In this document: positions 23,835 to 25,722 of the stretch, piece by piece | Layout of the letters: every line of letters starts with the position of its first letter | Numbering within the stretch: the stretch's first letter is position 1 | IMG/VR virus record: IMGVR_UViG_3300012352_000175 | Span: 1-25,722 of that record | Length of the DNA: 25,722 bases | Strand: one strand, 5' to 3' | From: a virus | Lineage: Duplodnaviria > Caudoviricetes | Position numbers and translations under genes: made by a program | Notes under the pieces: generated by a model | What the model saw: the letters and a program-made list of their open reading frames with translations, nothing else | Databases searched by the model: none | Told to the model about the DNA's origin: nothing

Positions 23835-24500
23835 ATGCTATTAAATCCAATTTACGAATATAAAAAACTCAAACGTGACGAAACTACAGGCAAGCGACTT
23901 TATGCTTGCCCTGATGGTATCAAAGTCCCAAGTGTCACCACAGTCCTTGACAGTACAAAAGATAAAACATTCTTAATTGAATGGCGTAAACGAGTAGGCG
24001 ACGCTGAAGCGACTCGTATTAGTACAGAGTCGGCTGGACTTGGTACATTAATGCATACACATTTGGAATATCACGTACTAGGCAAAGAACGTCCGCAGGG
24101 AAATAATCAAGTTCAAATCATGGCTCGCGCTATGGCTGATACTATGATTAACGAAGCGTTTTGTGATATTGACGAAGTATGGGGTATCGAAGCTCCGTTA
24201 TATTATCCGGGACTATATGCAGGTACTAGTGATATGATTGGTGTTCATAAAGGTACACCTGCAATCATTGATCATAAGACTACTAAAAAGACAAAGAAAA
24301 AAGAATGGATCGAAGATTACTTTCTGCAATGTTGTGCTTATGCGTTAGCACACAATGAAGTACATGGCACTGACATTAAAAAATGTGTAATTAACATCGT
24401 TGATCGAGATGCGAAATTACAGCCATTTATCATCGAAGGCAATGAGTTTAATCATTACAGTGATCTATGGGCACAACGTCTTGATCAATATTATAAATAA
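23835..24500 (+). CDS. PD-(D/E)XK exonuclease (phage exonuclease, RecB-family fold)
   Basis: PSVTTVL, GTLMH, IEAPL, YAGTSD, IIDHKT, LQCCAYA motifs. Confidence 0.85.
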   Translation: MLLNPIYEYKKLKRDETTGKRLYACPDGIKVPSVTTVLDSTKDKTFLIEWRKRVGDAEATRISTESAGLGTLMHTHLEYHVLGKERPQGNNQVQIMARAMADTMINEAFCDIDEVWGIEAPLYYPGLYAGTSDMIGVHKGTPAIIDHKTTKKTKKKEWIEDYFLQCCAYALAHNEVHGTDIKKCVINIVDRDAKLQPFIIEGNEFNHYSDLWAQRLDQYYK

Positions 24501-24507
24501 GAATCTA

Positions 24508-24960
24508 GTGGAAAATAATTTAAGCATTTGGTATAAGACTACTACAGAAAAAATCTTAGCTTGGAGAGAGCTAAGACAAAATGCTGTAGATATGACAGTA
24601 GACAGTATTGTCCAAGCAGTTAACACATGGTGGACATTTTCACCGTGGGTCCGTAAAACCATAGATCCATATAAACACGAAACATGGCCCACCCCGTGGG
24701 ATATGATCAGTCGCGGCGAGTTCTGTCGCAGTGCTATAGCATTGGGACAAGCGTATACTCTATGGATGACAGCACCTAATAGCAATGTTGAACTTTGGTT
24801 AGTGAATAATTTTAGCGAAAAAGATGTACATCTAGTAGTAGTTATTGATGAGAAAACTGTGCTAAATTACACACTAGGCCAAGTAATGCTTATAGAAGAA
24901 TGCGACTTTGAGATCCTGAATAAGATCTCCAAAAGTGATTTAACTCATATTAAAATATAA
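24508..24960 (+). CDS. Transglutaminase-like (BTLCP/C93-like) cysteine protease-fold protein
   Basis: WPTPWDMI..GEFCRSAIA ... HLVVV ... VLNY gives a Cys-His-Asn triad in BTLCP order; GTG start after TATAAATA 24492-24499. Confidence 0.55.
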   Translation: MENNLSIWYKTTTEKILAWRELRQNAVDMTVDSIVQAVNTWWTFSPWVRKTIDPYKHETWPTPWDMISRGEFCRSAIALGQAYTLWMTAPNSNVELWLVNNFSEKDVHLVVVIDEKTVLNYTLGQVMLIEECDFEILNKISKSDLTHIKI

Positions 24961-25031
24961 CAGAATTATTACAATGTTCAGTTAAATAGAATACTAAAAT
25001 TAAAACAATAAACCAAGGAAACAAATAGATT

Positions 25032-25722
25032 ATGATAACATCAGCCAAAGCCATCACTGTTATAAAACGTAATGGCGACAAAGAACAATTGATGATTGAA
25101 AAATGGCAAGCGCAAATTACTAAGATATGTTCAGGTATTGCGGACGTAAGTCAAAGCATGGTAGAAATTAAAGCACAGCCGCATTTTTATGATGGTATTA
25201 CTACTAAAGAAATTGACGAAATTACACTTCGCGCTATTGTTAATCTTATCGATGTAGAAGCCAACCCGGATATTGGACATACAAATTATCAATACGTAGC
25301 AGGTAAGCAACGTTTGAGTATGTTACGGAAAGACGTTTATGGACAATATGAAGTCCCGCATCTTTATGATATTGTTAAAAAGAATGTAGCAACGGGTCTT
25401 TATACTAGCGAACTGCTTGATTGGTATACTCAAGAAGACTGGAATAAGATGAACGATATGCTTGATCATGAAAAAGACGAGCAGTATAGTTATGCGGCAA
25501 TCGAACAGCTTATAGAAAAATATCTTGTTAAAAATAGAAGTACAAAAGAAACATATGAAACACCACAAATTAGATACATGGTTGCTGCCGCAACTGTATT
25601 CCATAAAGAAGAGCCTAATGCGGCTCGTATGCGTTACATCAAAGAATATTACCACGCGGCTAGCGATGGCTTATTTACTCTTGCTACTCCAGTACTTGCT
25701 GGTCTGGGCACTCCCACCAAGC
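25032..25722 (+). CDS. nrdA: Ribonucleotide reductase class Ia alpha subunit (5' part, runs off the window)
   Basis: Manually translated: ATP-cone VIKRNGDKE, YDGITTKEI, NYQYVAG, KYLVKNR, YETPQ, TLATPVLAGLGTP. Confidence 0.92.
   Translation, partial: MITSAKAITVIKRNGDKEQLMIEKWQAQITKICSGIADVSQSMVEIKAQPHFYDGITTKEIDEITLRAIVNLIDVEANPDIGHTNYQYVAGKQRLSMLRKDVYGQYEVPHLYDIVKKNVATGLYTSELLDWYTQEDWNKMNDMLDHEKDEQYSYAAIEQLIEKYLVKNRSTKETYETPQIRYMVAAATVFHKEEPNAARMRYIKEYYHAASDGLFTLATPVLAGLGTPTK

Noticed and set aside
23835-24500. Cas4 assignment for the PD-(D/E)XK nuclease
   Set aside because: It lacks the C-terminal three-Cys Fe-S cluster motif and has no CRISPR context; an ordinary phage exonuclease is more likely
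141-25655. Numerous antisense or alternate-frame ORFs in the track (e.g. 141-473, 697-1176, 4031-4513, 5250-5477, 7436-7816, 18140-18343, 25323-25655)
   Set aside because: They lie wholly over well-supported genes, lack SD/promoter signals and recognisable motifs; shadow ORFs
1-25722. Stop-codon reassignment, tRNA/rRNA genes, introns or inteins in UvsX, UvsW, helicase or NrdA
   Set aside because: Genes are full length and tightly packed in the standard code with TAA, TGA and TAG all used as stops; no cloverleaf or insertion was recognised by eye (tRNAscan not run)

Overview
The window is a gene-dense, AT-rich segment of a large lytic dsDNA phage with a distantly T4-like gene set. The host is probably Gram-negative (inferred from the signal-peptide/C-terminal-Phe protease and the proteobacterial-type desaturase). 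Replication and recombination genes: gp32-like SSB, UvsX, UvsY, UvsW, a gp62-like clamp-loader subunit, primase, DnaB/gp41-like helicase, a PD-(D/E)XK exonuclease and the 5' part of class Ia NrdA. Between uvsY and uvsW lies an accessory island of sigma70-promoter cassettes encoding an AAA ATPase, a secreted subtilase with an outer-membrane-barrel-like C-terminus, a ParB/DGQH-type protein coupled to an HNH nuclease, and a MutH-like nuclease. A delta-9-type desaturase is on the minus strand, and a block of small, probably late/head genes is preceded by TAAATA boxes. The most unusual items are a 190-aa minimal DnaE-like (family C) polymerase core in a translationally coupled operon, the split GmrSD/SspE-like nuclease pair with a structured leader, the phage-encoded surface protease, and apparently widespread leaderless transcripts. 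All calls come from motif recognition by eye; no searches were run.
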